Of a DNA stretch of 64,000 bases, positions 1 to 7,987 are shown one piece after another (the first letter of the stretch is position 1; every line of letters begins with the position of its first letter). The position numbers and the translations under genes are program-made. The notes below the pieces were generated by a model. It did not search any database. It saw only the letters and a list, made by a program, of their open reading frames with translations, and was not told where the DNA came from. Source of the DNA: Ignavibacteriota bacterium (GTDB lineage: Bacteria; Bacteroidota; Ignavibacteria; UBA10030); the NCBI GenBank assembly GCA_003162695.1, contig PMML01000112.1, positions 1,073 to 65,072 of the forward strand, written 5' to 3'.

Positions 1-280
1 GATCACCGGGATCACCGGAGATACCGTCGGTCTGTGAACCTGAAAGAAACAGCCTGTCTGCCGCCGGATCTATAATTCCATTGGAATCTGCATCGAACCA
101 TATTTGTGTGGTTACCGCTGCACCGGATGGAATACCGGAAATAATCCATTTCAATGAATCGTCCTGGGTCATAGAAGCGCCGCTTGCTGTGCCGTTTACC
201 GAAATGCTGACTGCAGCTTGCAGTGGTTTTATACAAAACAATAAAATTAGAAAAATTGAAAATATTGTAATACACTTCAT
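1..280 (-). CDS. secreted protein, N-terminal part (gene runs off the left window edge)
   Basis: I translated the reverse strand from the ATG at 280-278: MKCITIFSIFLILLFCIKPLQAAVSISVNGTASG...LSGSQTDGISGDPGD. There are 93 codons with no stop down to position 1, and the N-terminus is hydrophobic and signal-peptide-like. It is absent from the ORF track because no stop lies inside the window. Confidence 0.5.
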   Translation of the reverse strand, partial: MKCITIFSIFLILLFCIKPLQAAVSISVNGTASGASMTQDDSLKWIISGIPSGAAVTTQIWFDADSNGIIDPAADRLFLSGSQTDGISGDPGD

Positions 281-988
281 AAAAGCCTCTGTATAAAATT
301 AAACTCGCAGGAAACTAACCGCACTTATTATAAATGCTCGTCAGCATAGAGATGTTGTGTCTTTACATATAAAATTAGGGAGACAAATTCTCATACTATC
401 TGATTTACTTCGGCTACAGCCTATGGGTTCTTTGAAGAAATATCAATGACCAAAATCACAAGACAAACAAAATCGGTCCAATGGCGAAAAATTCGCTCAA
501 ACACCCTTATAAATAGTCTCCGGGCATCGAGCGCAAAACTTCTGGTTCAGAGGGGACACATGCAGAATTATGACAGACTAACCTTGAAGTTGTATGAGAC
601 TTGACTTAAATCGCTTACAAGAACCGGTTCAGTTATTCCGAATTCAGCGATGAGAAGATTTATAAACGATACCGATGGACAAGCTTCTTTTGTTGCGCGA
701 GTCTTTTATTTGGAATGATGCTTGCATAACATTGAATAGTAACGTATTTTAACCTTCAAAATAGAGCAGAAGGCAGGATTTTACTAACAGATGCGAGGAA
801 AGCTCCTTTTCATTGACACCGCAGCTTCATGGATGAAGTTTTTCAGTATTGCGGGATCTTCATTTGTCTGTTCCTCGAAAAAGCTCTTGGGGGACAATTT
901 GGGATAACATGGATTTGCATACCGGGTTTTTATGACCGGCCGTTCCGAAAATGAAACATTGGTCTTTCTGCACTGAATATATGTCAGG

Positions 989-1375
989 ATGGAATTGAAA
1001 TCCCACAAAAAAATTATTCTTGTCGGCGATAAAGTCCTTATTGCAGCCGACAAGGAAACCGAACGTACGCCTCATGGCTTGTATCTTCCTCCCGGTGTGA
1101 AGGAGAAGGATAAAGTGCAAGCCGGATATGTGGTCAGCATCGGCCCGGGTCACCCGATTCCAAACCCGCAATTCATGGAACAAGAATCGTGGTCGACGGC
1201 ACAGAAAGAACCGGTTAAATATATTCCTCTTCAGGCCGAAGAAGGAGATTATGCCGTATTTATGCGCGATTCCGCTATCGAGGTCGAATTTGAAAATGAA
1301 AAGTATCTCATCGTTCCGCATTCGGCAATTATGATGCTGCTGCGTCCCGGAAACTTAGATGAATTGACCCGCTGA
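989..1375 (+). CDS. co-chaperone GroES (Cpn10) family paralog
   Basis: The 128-aa product follows the Cpn10 pattern: 'KIILVGDKVLIAADKETERTPHGLYLPPGVKEKDKVQAGYVVSIGPG ... IPLQAEEGDYAVF ... YLIVPHSAIMMLL'. It carries an extra ~20-aa insertion after the GPG turn. No groEL is adjacent. Confidence 0.6.
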   Translation: MELKSHKKIILVGDKVLIAADKETERTPHGLYLPPGVKEKDKVQAGYVVSIGPGHPIPNPQFMEQESWSTAQKEPVKYIPLQAEEGDYAVFMRDSAIEVEFENEKYLIVPHSAIMMLLRPGNLDELTR

Positions 1376-1378
1376 CCG

Positions 1379-1651
1379 ATGCCGATGGATACCGATATCC
1401 ATATTTTTTCACACGAAAATCTTCTCTGCCAGCTTGAGACTGCCGAATACCGCAACGGCTATTATGTGCTGAAATTTTATGCTGAAAAGAACCAGCCCAT
1501 TGCTCGACGCACAGCGGCAATCGAGGAATTTTATCTGTATCCATCCGGCGGAACGCTGAGGGATAAAAATTTTGATTTACTTTTTTATGATTCCCGGTAC
1601 GATACGTATCGCGGATTTCAACCGCCGTATCTGAAAAAAAAACCGAACTAA
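1379..1651 (+). CDS. hypothetical protein (90 aa)
   Basis: The ORF starts 4 nt after the GroES-like stop on the same strand. I recognised no motif. Confidence 0.35.
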   Translation: MPMDTDIHIFSHENLLCQLETAEYRNGYYVLKFYAEKNQPIARRTAAIEEFYLYPSGGTLRDKNFDLLFYDSRYDTYRGFQPPYLKKKPN

Positions 1652-1682
1652 GCGGCGGAATATTATCAAACCCGGAATACGC

Positions 1683-2363
1683 ATGGCAGCTTCATCGGAA
1701 AAATTTACCTATGAAAAAGCAGCAGACCGGCTTCAGTCCGGCAGCCTGCGCCCTGCCTTGATTCTTTTGCACGGGCGCGGTACCGATGAGCATGATTTGA
1801 TCGGGCTTGCGCCCTCCTTCGATCCGCGATTCCTCGTCTACAGCCTCCGCGCCCCGTTCCGCTATCCCTTCGGCGGTTATATGTGGTTCGGAGCCGACGA
1901 TCTCGAACATTGGGATTCGGACCAGCTTCAGGCCAGTCTCGATTTTTGTCTGAAATTTTCCGAGCATATTATTCATATTGACGGGATCGATCCTTCAAAA
2001 ATTTTCTTATTCGGTTTCAGCCTGGGGGCAATGACGGCGCTCGGACTGGCATCTCTGAGAGAAAAGCATTTTGCAGGAGTTGTTGCGCACAGCGGATTTT
2101 ATACGGCGAATGAACGGCTGCCGCAAAAATTCGGACCGCAGTCGCCGCCTGTTTTCCTTGCCCATGGAATCTACGATCCCGTCATACCTGTCATTCTGGG
2201 AAGATCGACTTTTAAGTTCTTGCAGGAACACGATGTTCCGGTCTCGTATCGGGAATATCCGATCGAGCATACGATCGGTGAAGAAAGCCTGCAGGATGCG
2301 GCTCACTGGCTGCAGCAGCAACTGGATCAAACGACTTTTGTTTCACAGGAACATCATGCATAG
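1683..2363 (+). CDS. phospholipase/carboxylesterase-family alpha/beta hydrolase
   Basis: 'ALILLHGRGTDEHDL' and the nucleophile elbow 'GFSLGA' (GxSxG) are present, with a C-terminal His region. The 226-aa size is typical of the family. Confidence 0.8.
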   Translation: MAASSEKFTYEKAADRLQSGSLRPALILLHGRGTDEHDLIGLAPSFDPRFLVYSLRAPFRYPFGGYMWFGADDLEHWDSDQLQASLDFCLKFSEHIIHIDGIDPSKIFLFGFSLGAMTALGLASLREKHFAGVVAHSGFYTANERLPQKFGPQSPPVFLAHGIYDPVIPVILGRSTFKFLQEHDVPVSYREYPIEHTIGEESLQDAAHWLQQQLDQTTFVSQEHHA

Positions 2364-3489
2364 GAAACAATCACTTATCCTTTTTATACTTGTCTTCACT
2401 GCACGAGCCCTGGCAGGGAACGACGACTATGCGGAGCGGCTTCTGACGATCAGAGAAAAATTTGCGCCTGATGAAAGATTTTCCGTTTTTACAGTCAAGA
2501 TAAAAACCGCTTCCGAAGCTCTCATAGCAGCCGGCGATGTTGATAATCCGGATGCGAAGACGGCGATTCTAAACATGCTGAAAGAAAACGGCCGGCTTCG
2601 CGTGATCGATGAAATTCAGGTTCTGCCGGAAGCGTCGCTCGGAAAAAAAATCTACGGCATTACAACCCTCAGCGTCGGGAATGTGCGGAAGCGTCCGGAC
2701 AACAAATCGGAAATGCTGACTCAGGCATTGTCCGGCACCGTCATTCGGCTGCTCAAGGACGGCGGATATTTCTGGCAAATAAAAATGCCGGACGGCTACA
2801 TCGGATGGATCAACAGGCTGTCGTTCGTTCAGGCCGATTCCGCAGCCGTTCTGGAATGGTCGAACGCTCCCAGGGTTATCGTGACGGATCATTACGGAAT
2901 GTTGTACCGGCAGCCGGAAAAAAAATCCGAACCTGTATGCGACGTCGTGACCGGCTGCATTCTTAAAAAAATCGGGACAAAGGAGAATTGGATCGAAGCT
3001 GGACTCGCCGACGGCAGAACGGGATTTCTGCATAACGATATTGCGGAAGATATCGAACCATGGCAGCAGAGCCGCAGATTGACCGGAGACAATATTGAAA
3101 AGACAGCGAGAACATTCCTCGGTATACCGTATCTCTGGGGCGGAACATCGGTCAAAGGATTCGATTGTTCGGGCTTCGTGAAAACCGTTTATTTATTAAA
3201 CGGGAAAATATTGCTGCGCGATGCGGATCAGCAAGCTATGATGGGACGTCCGGTCGATCCGGGGACGAACTTCGAAAATCTGAAAAAAGGCGATCTCATT
3301 TTTTTTGGAAAAAAAACGACATCTAAAAAAAGAGAGCATATCAAGCATGTTGCGATTTATCTCGGCAGCGGAACGTTTATTCACAGCTCGGGCTGCGTTC
3401 GCCTGACGAGTTTCGATCCTTCGTCTCCTCTTTACGAGGAAACGCTCTTCAAGCAATTTGTCCGCGCACGGCGGATTATTCCCGATTAA
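2356..3489 (+). CDS. NlpC/P60 (C40) cell-wall peptidase with SH3b-like domains
   Basis: The catalytic Cys motif 'LWGGTSVKGFDCSGFVKTVY' and 'HVAIYLG' are present. I chose the internal ATG at 2356 (MHRKQSLILFILVFTARALAG, a signal peptide) over the track start at 2071, which overlaps the esterase gene. Confidence 0.85.
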   Translation: MHRKQSLILFILVFTARALAGNDDYAERLLTIREKFAPDERFSVFTVKIKTASEALIAAGDVDNPDAKTAILNMLKENGRLRVIDEIQVLPEASLGKKIYGITTLSVGNVRKRPDNKSEMLTQALSGTVIRLLKDGGYFWQIKMPDGYIGWINRLSFVQADSAAVLEWSNAPRVIVTDHYGMLYRQPEKKSEPVCDVVTGCILKKIGTKENWIEAGLADGRTGFLHNDIAEDIEPWQQSRRLTGDNIEKTARTFLGIPYLWGGTSVKGFDCSGFVKTVYLLNGKILLRDADQQAMMGRPVDPGTNFENLKKGDLIFFGKKTTSKKREHIKHVAIYLGSGTFIHSSGCVRLTSFDPSSPLYEETLFKQFVRARRIIPD

Positions 3490-3504
3490 GAAAAGGAGCA
3501 CAAG

Positions 3505-3915
3505 ATGAAAAAAATCACTGAAAAAGCTGCAGATACCATCCTTGCGGTACTCGCCGTCGGGCATGCGCTCCTCATTTTTATCAATGCATATTTTCGTCAA
3601 CAGATAGACCTTCTCTATTCGTTGTTTGATTTTCGCTTCCAGATCCTTGTTGTCATGCTCATGCCGATGGCTGCCGCGGCGATGCTTTCTTCAAAAGTAA
3701 GACGGTATGGAATAATTCTGTTCTTAGGCTTGGCTCCTGCTTTTTTTATAAGCCGCCTTTATGATCGATTTTTTCCCGTTCTGACGTCAGGCTTAATGAT
3801 TGCATCCTTCTGGCCGAAATTTATCTTCGAAGTTTCCTATTGGCTGGTACTGTCTGTAGAATCGGCCATGTTTGTTTTTGGTCTAAAGCTTTTTAAAAAT
3901 TTTCATGAGCATTAA
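3505..3915 (+). CDS. hypothetical integral membrane protein (about 4 TM)
   Basis: The 136-aa product has four hydrophobic segments. AAGGAG lies upstream of the ATG. No family was recognised. Confidence 0.5.
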   Translation: MKKITEKAADTILAVLAVGHALLIFINAYFRQQIDLLYSLFDFRFQILVVMLMPMAAAAMLSSKVRRYGIILFLGLAPAFFISRLYDRFFPVLTSGLMIASFWPKFIFEVSYWLVLSVESAMFVFGLKLFKNFHEH

Positions 3916-4099
3916 ATATCGTAAAGATAAAAACGGAACCATAATTAATGTCTTGAACGCAGGAAGCTGTTTCTGCTCTGTTTTGCATCAATGTTTGATT
4001 TCTGTGCCGGGAGAGTTGCTTCTTTGTAAAAAGTGTAGTATTGTTCCGGCACAGGCATAATCAAGAACACTCAACCAATCTGACACATGAGGTGAAGTC

Positions 4100-5101
4100 A
4101 TGCGATACTTTTTTCTTGTTCTTACTATCTGCTTCGTTTTCACTGAAGTTTTTCCGCAGCAGGGAACAGATCGCTTTCTCACCGTTGCCAAGAGCATCGT
4201 CGATGGACTCAACCGTCAAGATTATGCATTTATTCAAAATGAATACGGACCCGGTATGGCGGATTTTACGATTGCGCAGACCACGTATTTTTTCCAGAGT
4301 ATGCTCGATCGGCTGGGAAAACCGGTCAGGATCGATCAGATTAAACTTGTCAATTCCAACCGTGCGGATTTTGTCATGATTTTTGAAAAAGGGGCTCAGG
4401 ATGTTCAGCTTTATCTCGACAATCAGAATAAAATTGCCGGGTACTTGTTTTCCGAGCATTCGGTGCCGATAGAAATCCCTGCCGAGCCCGCTCCGCCGGT
4501 TGTTGCAGCACCGCCGGCTGACAAACAAAAAACAGACCTGTCGCTTCCTTTTAAAGGAAGGTGGATTTTGCTTCAAACCAAATCTCCCGATGCCCGAAAC
4601 GTTCTGTCCCAGCCGTTTGCTTTCGATTTTGCAGCAATCGATGAATCGGGCCAGCAATTCAAACGGAGCGGGACGAGCAATGAAGATTATACAGGATTTG
4701 GAAAAGAGGTTATGGCTCCTGCAGACGGTGTTGTTCTGGAAGTCATCGACGGCATTCGAGACAACGTGCCGGGAATCGCAAATCCGTATGCTCTTATCGG
4801 CAATGCAATCGTTCTTCAACACAAGCAGAACGAGTATTCCGTGCTTGCGTATTTGAAACAAAACAGCATACGTGTTCGGGTCGGCGATCGGATTCTGAAA
4901 GGACAGGTTGTTGCGCAGTGCGGAAATTCCGGCGGATCCCTGCAGCCGGAAATTCATATCCATTTGCAGGACTCTCCCATTGTGAGTGTTGCAACCGGAG
5001 TGAAATTCTATTTTGACAAGATCGGAATTGTCAAGGGTGAAAACAAAGAAATAAAATCGAATTATTTACCGGCTAGAGGAGATCAGGTCGTTTCTGAATG
5101 A
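4100..5101 (+). CDS. M23-family metallopeptidase (secreted)
   Basis: The signal peptide is MRYFFLVLTICFVFTEVFPQ. The C-terminal LytM-type block is 'MAPADGVVLEVIDG ... YSVLAYLKQNSIRVRVGDRILKGQVVAQCGNSG ... PEIHIHLQ' (HxH). Confidence 0.8.
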   Translation: MRYFFLVLTICFVFTEVFPQQGTDRFLTVAKSIVDGLNRQDYAFIQNEYGPGMADFTIAQTTYFFQSMLDRLGKPVRIDQIKLVNSNRADFVMIFEKGAQDVQLYLDNQNKIAGYLFSEHSVPIEIPAEPAPPVVAAPPADKQKTDLSLPFKGRWILLQTKSPDARNVLSQPFAFDFAAIDESGQQFKRSGTSNEDYTGFGKEVMAPADGVVLEVIDGIRDNVPGIANPYALIGNAIVLQHKQNEYSVLAYLKQNSIRVRVGDRILKGQVVAQCGNSGGSLQPEIHIHLQDSPIVSVATGVKFYFDKIGIVKGENKEIKSNYLPARGDQVVSE

Positions 5102-5171
5102 TCGGATCTTTTCTAATCTCCGATATTGATGCCGTGAAGCGTTGAAATGAGGGTGTAATTCGCTTTGAAAT

Positions 5172-5196
5172 CCGTACCGTTCCGTCCCGTCCCGTC
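5172..5196. repeat. pentanucleotide microsatellite (CCGTN)x5
   Basis: The sequence reads CCGTA CCGTT CCGTC CCGTC CCGTC. It lies in the convergent intergenic spacer between the M23 gene and the lipoprotein gene. Confidence 0.8.
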
Positions 5197-5370
5197 TTGA
5201 TGGGAAGGGATTCCTAAAATTTCGGAGAGAATGAAAGAGACCCGTTGTCAGCGGCCGATCTCCTGCCGGCTTAAAGAGGCCTTTCATTTTAACAAGCCGG
5301 CCGGGAAATCTCTCTTTTAAAAAACTCATCTTAAGAGAAATCCATATCCGTCAAAATCTTTTGTCCGCAG

Positions 5371-6150
5371 CTATTGGGGACGGTACAGATCAAACTGGCT
5401 TATGATCATTGTACCGAGCGATGTTTTGATATTATTCGCAGCGGCAGCTTTGAGAGACGGATTTTTTATCTTCCACATAACGGGAGAAAAAGCGCTCTCC
5501 TCGATGTCGATCGGTTCCAGATTGTCCGACGGTGTAAAATTTTCCAGGGAGGGGAGATTTCCGGCAAGAATGAACAACGGATTTCTTTGTTCGCCTGCAT
5601 TCGCCGTGAGTTTCTTGAAACAATTTTCCAGTACGGTACTGTCGGCTTTTTGCGGAAGCTGAGTGCTGATGAGAGTGAGCGATCCTATTCCCGCATCGAT
5701 ATTCGCCTGTACTGCAGATTCGAACAACGGAGATGATTCTGCGTCGAAAGAAATAACGGAATGTGCCAGAACCGGATAAAGGCTGAAAACAGCATTACCG
5801 GTTTGGTGTCCGTTGACATTGGACATTTCGCCGAAAGCCGTTCTCATGCCGGTGCGGGATGCCAACTCATCGACAAAGTCGATACGCGTGGAAGTTCCCG
5901 GATAACGTGAAATGTTCTGAACCGTTAATGCGTCGATATTCTGATCCTTGAGCGTCTTTGCAAGCTGGGCGATATCTTTTTTCTCGATGCGCTTTTTGTA
6001 GTGTGCAAGATCTAAGCTTGCGACACGGAGGGTCATCTCAGGTTTTCTGTTTTCCGGATTGGTTGTTTCAATCCTGGAAGAGGAGCATCCGCTGATGAAC
6101 GATGCAAACATTGCGCAGGAGAGGAGCAGGGTAACGGTATAATTTTTCAT
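5371..6150 (-). CDS. lipoprotein, endonuclease/exonuclease/phosphatase (EEP)-like
   Basis: The internal start gives the lipobox 'MKNYTVTLLLSCAMFASFISGC'. The layout is weakly EEP-like: 'LRVASLDLA...NIDALTVQNI', 'GNAVFSLYPV', 'LISTQL', 'FILAGNL'. The catalytic residues look partly degenerate. Confidence 0.5.
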   Translation of the reverse strand: MKNYTVTLLLSCAMFASFISGCSSSRIETTNPENRKPEMTLRVASLDLAHYKKRIEKKDIAQLAKTLKDQNIDALTVQNISRYPGTSTRIDFVDELASRTGMRTAFGEMSNVNGHQTGNAVFSLYPVLAHSVISFDAESSPLFESAVQANIDAGIGSLTLISTQLPQKADSTVLENCFKKLTANAGEQRNPLFILAGNLPSLENFTPSDNLEPIDIEESAFSPVMWKIKNPSLKAAAANNIKTSLGTMIISQFDLYRPQ

Positions 6151-6193
6151 GGTCCTGTTTGTTGTGAAAAATAATATGGTCATCGTGATTTTA

Positions 6194-6685
6194 TTAAATC
6201 GAATCTTCAAGATTATCCGGAGAGGAAGGAACGGATCGCTGACGGTAGGAATGAAAATCGACGACGATCCGGTCGTAATAGGTATCCATCAATGGGGAGG
6301 AAATGATAAAATCTGCCGTTGTTCTATTGCATGCAACGGGAATATTCCAAACCACCGCGAGGCGCAGCAGCGCTTTGATATCAGGATCATGCGGAAGAGG
6401 CTCCAGCGGATCCCAGAAAAATACCAGAAAGTCGATCAAGCCTTCAGCAATACGGGAGCCAATCTGCAAATCGCCGCCAAGAGGCCCGCTTTCGAGTTTT
6501 GTAATCGGCAGGTCGAGCTTTTTTTCAATCAGCGCGGCGGTTGTGCCGGTACCGAACAGCTTGTGCTGTTTTAAGGTTTCACGATTGAATTTTGCCCAAT
6601 CGAGCATTTCGATCTTCTTATTGTCATGTGCAACTAAGGCAATGCGTTTAAGCGCCGGAAGAGGAAGTTTTTGATAGCTTGCCAC
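6194..6685 (-). CDS. mgsA: methylglyoxal synthase
   Basis: 'IALVAHDNKK ... LFGTGTTAALIE ... SGPLGGDLQIGSRIAEG ... FFWDPLEPLPHDPDIKALLRLAVVWNIPVACNRTTADF' matches MgsA across its length. Confidence 0.9.
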   Translation of the reverse strand: MASYQKLPLPALKRIALVAHDNKKIEMLDWAKFNRETLKQHKLFGTGTTAALIEKKLDLPITKLESGPLGGDLQIGSRIAEGLIDFLVFFWDPLEPLPHDPDIKALLRLAVVWNIPVACNRTTADFIISSPLMDTYYDRIVVDFHSYRQRSVPSSPDNLEDSI

Positions 6686-6764
6686 GATGTCCGCCTTCTT
6701 TTATTTAAGAATACAGCAAGATAACGAATATTCGATTGAGATGGCGTATAATTTCTGCGGTCTG

Positions 6765-7820
6765 TTATTCCCATCGACCCGGGACCGGTGTACCGCATTT
6801 TAGGCAAGCGCCGTTTTGCATGCGGTTGGAAAGGATGCTGAATCCGTATCGTTCGATCAGCAGTTCTCCGCAGGAAGAACAATAGGTGTTTTCGAGATTG
6901 CGTGTTTGTCCCGGAAGATTTCCGGCATAGACAAAATGCAGTCCCTGGTCCAATCCGATCTCTGCAGCGCGAAGGAGCGCGGATGCCGGAGTATACTCTT
7001 TTTCAGTCTTCATGGTATAATCTTCATGATATGCCGTGACATGCCATGGGATGTCCGGGGATACGGAATGAATAAATTGCGCGATGTCGGTTAATTCTTC
7101 CGCTGAATCATTCATTCCCGGAATAACCAGCGTAACGATTTCCACCCATATCTTCCGCCGGTGCAGCGACAAAATCGTGTCCAGCACACGCTGCAGGATG
7201 CCTCCCATGCGTGCGTACGATTTTTGCGTGAATGCCTTCAGGTCGACTTTGTAAAGATCGATCCATGGCGTAAGATAATCCAGCGCTTCTTCCGTTCCGT
7301 TGCCGTTGGAAACGTACGAGGTTGCCAGTCCGGCCTGCTTTGCAATTTTGAAAATTTCCACAGCCCATTCGGATGTAATAAGCGGCTCGTTGTATGTGCT
7401 GGTGACGACACGTGCATTGTGCCGGAGGGCGAGCCGCACGATTTCTTCCGCATCGATTTCTTCGATGAATGAGACGGCGTGCGGATCGCGGAGTGCCTGC
7501 GACGTAATCCAGTTCTGACAGAAGGGACAATGATAATCACATCCGAGCATGCCAAAGCTCAAGGCCTTGCTTCCCGGATATGCATGGAAGAACGGCTTCT
7601 TTTCTATCGGATCGAGCGCGATGCCTCCGGTATATCCGAACGGGACGAAGAGAGCGCCTTCCCGGTTAAAGCGAATCTTGCAGATGCCGTCTTTTCCCGG
7701 CGGAATTTTGCAGCGATGCCCGCAAGCAAAGCATTGCACCCGCGCATCCGGCAGAGATGTGTACAATTCTCCCTGCCGAGTATGATCCGCCAATATGTTT
7801 TTCAGATCCTTGTTTTCCAT
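6765..7820 (-). CDS. amrS: AmmeMemoRadiSam-system radical SAM enzyme (AmrS-like)
   Basis: An N-terminal Cys knuckle 'CFACGHRCKIPPGKDGICKIR' and the radical-SAM motif 'GCDYHCPFCQNW' (Cx3Cx2C) are present, plus a C-terminal 'CSSCGELL...CLKCGTPVPG'. I chose the internal Met (MENKDLKN); the track start is 7904. Confidence 0.8.
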   Translation of the reverse strand: MENKDLKNILADHTRQGELYTSLPDARVQCFACGHRCKIPPGKDGICKIRFNREGALFVPFGYTGGIALDPIEKKPFFHAYPGSKALSFGMLGCDYHCPFCQNWITSQALRDPHAVSFIEEIDAEEIVRLALRHNARVVTSTYNEPLITSEWAVEIFKIAKQAGLATSYVSNGNGTEEALDYLTPWIDLYKVDLKAFTQKSYARMGGILQRVLDTILSLHRRKIWVEIVTLVIPGMNDSAEELTDIAQFIHSVSPDIPWHVTAYHEDYTMKTEKEYTPASALLRAAEIGLDQGLHFVYAGNLPGQTRNLENTYCSSCGELLIERYGFSILSNRMQNGACLKCGTPVPGRWE

Positions 7821-7987
7821 AACACGTACATCAAAGTAGCGAGTTTGACGACAGATGTCAAGCCATGCGAGAAGAGAGCAATAGTTATAAATGACTTGCG
7901 TCAAAACGGCCTTCCCTTACTTATTCAAATGGAAAATTTGATTCACTGCTGAAATCTTCCGACCTTTTGTCATTAAATAAAAACACA

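Noticed and set aside
12-275. An 87-aa minus-strand ORF and the 81..296 plus-strand ORF sit at the left edge of the window.
   Set aside because: A different minus-strand frame starting at 280 gives a signal peptide and stays open to the window edge. The listed ORFs are alternative frames of that gene and have no motifs.
2071-2355. The NlpC/P60 ORF has a 95-codon N-terminal extension, with the track start at 2071.
   Set aside because: The extension overlaps the 3' third of the esterase gene in another frame and is Arg/Ser-rich. The internal ATG at 2356 yields a proper signal peptide.
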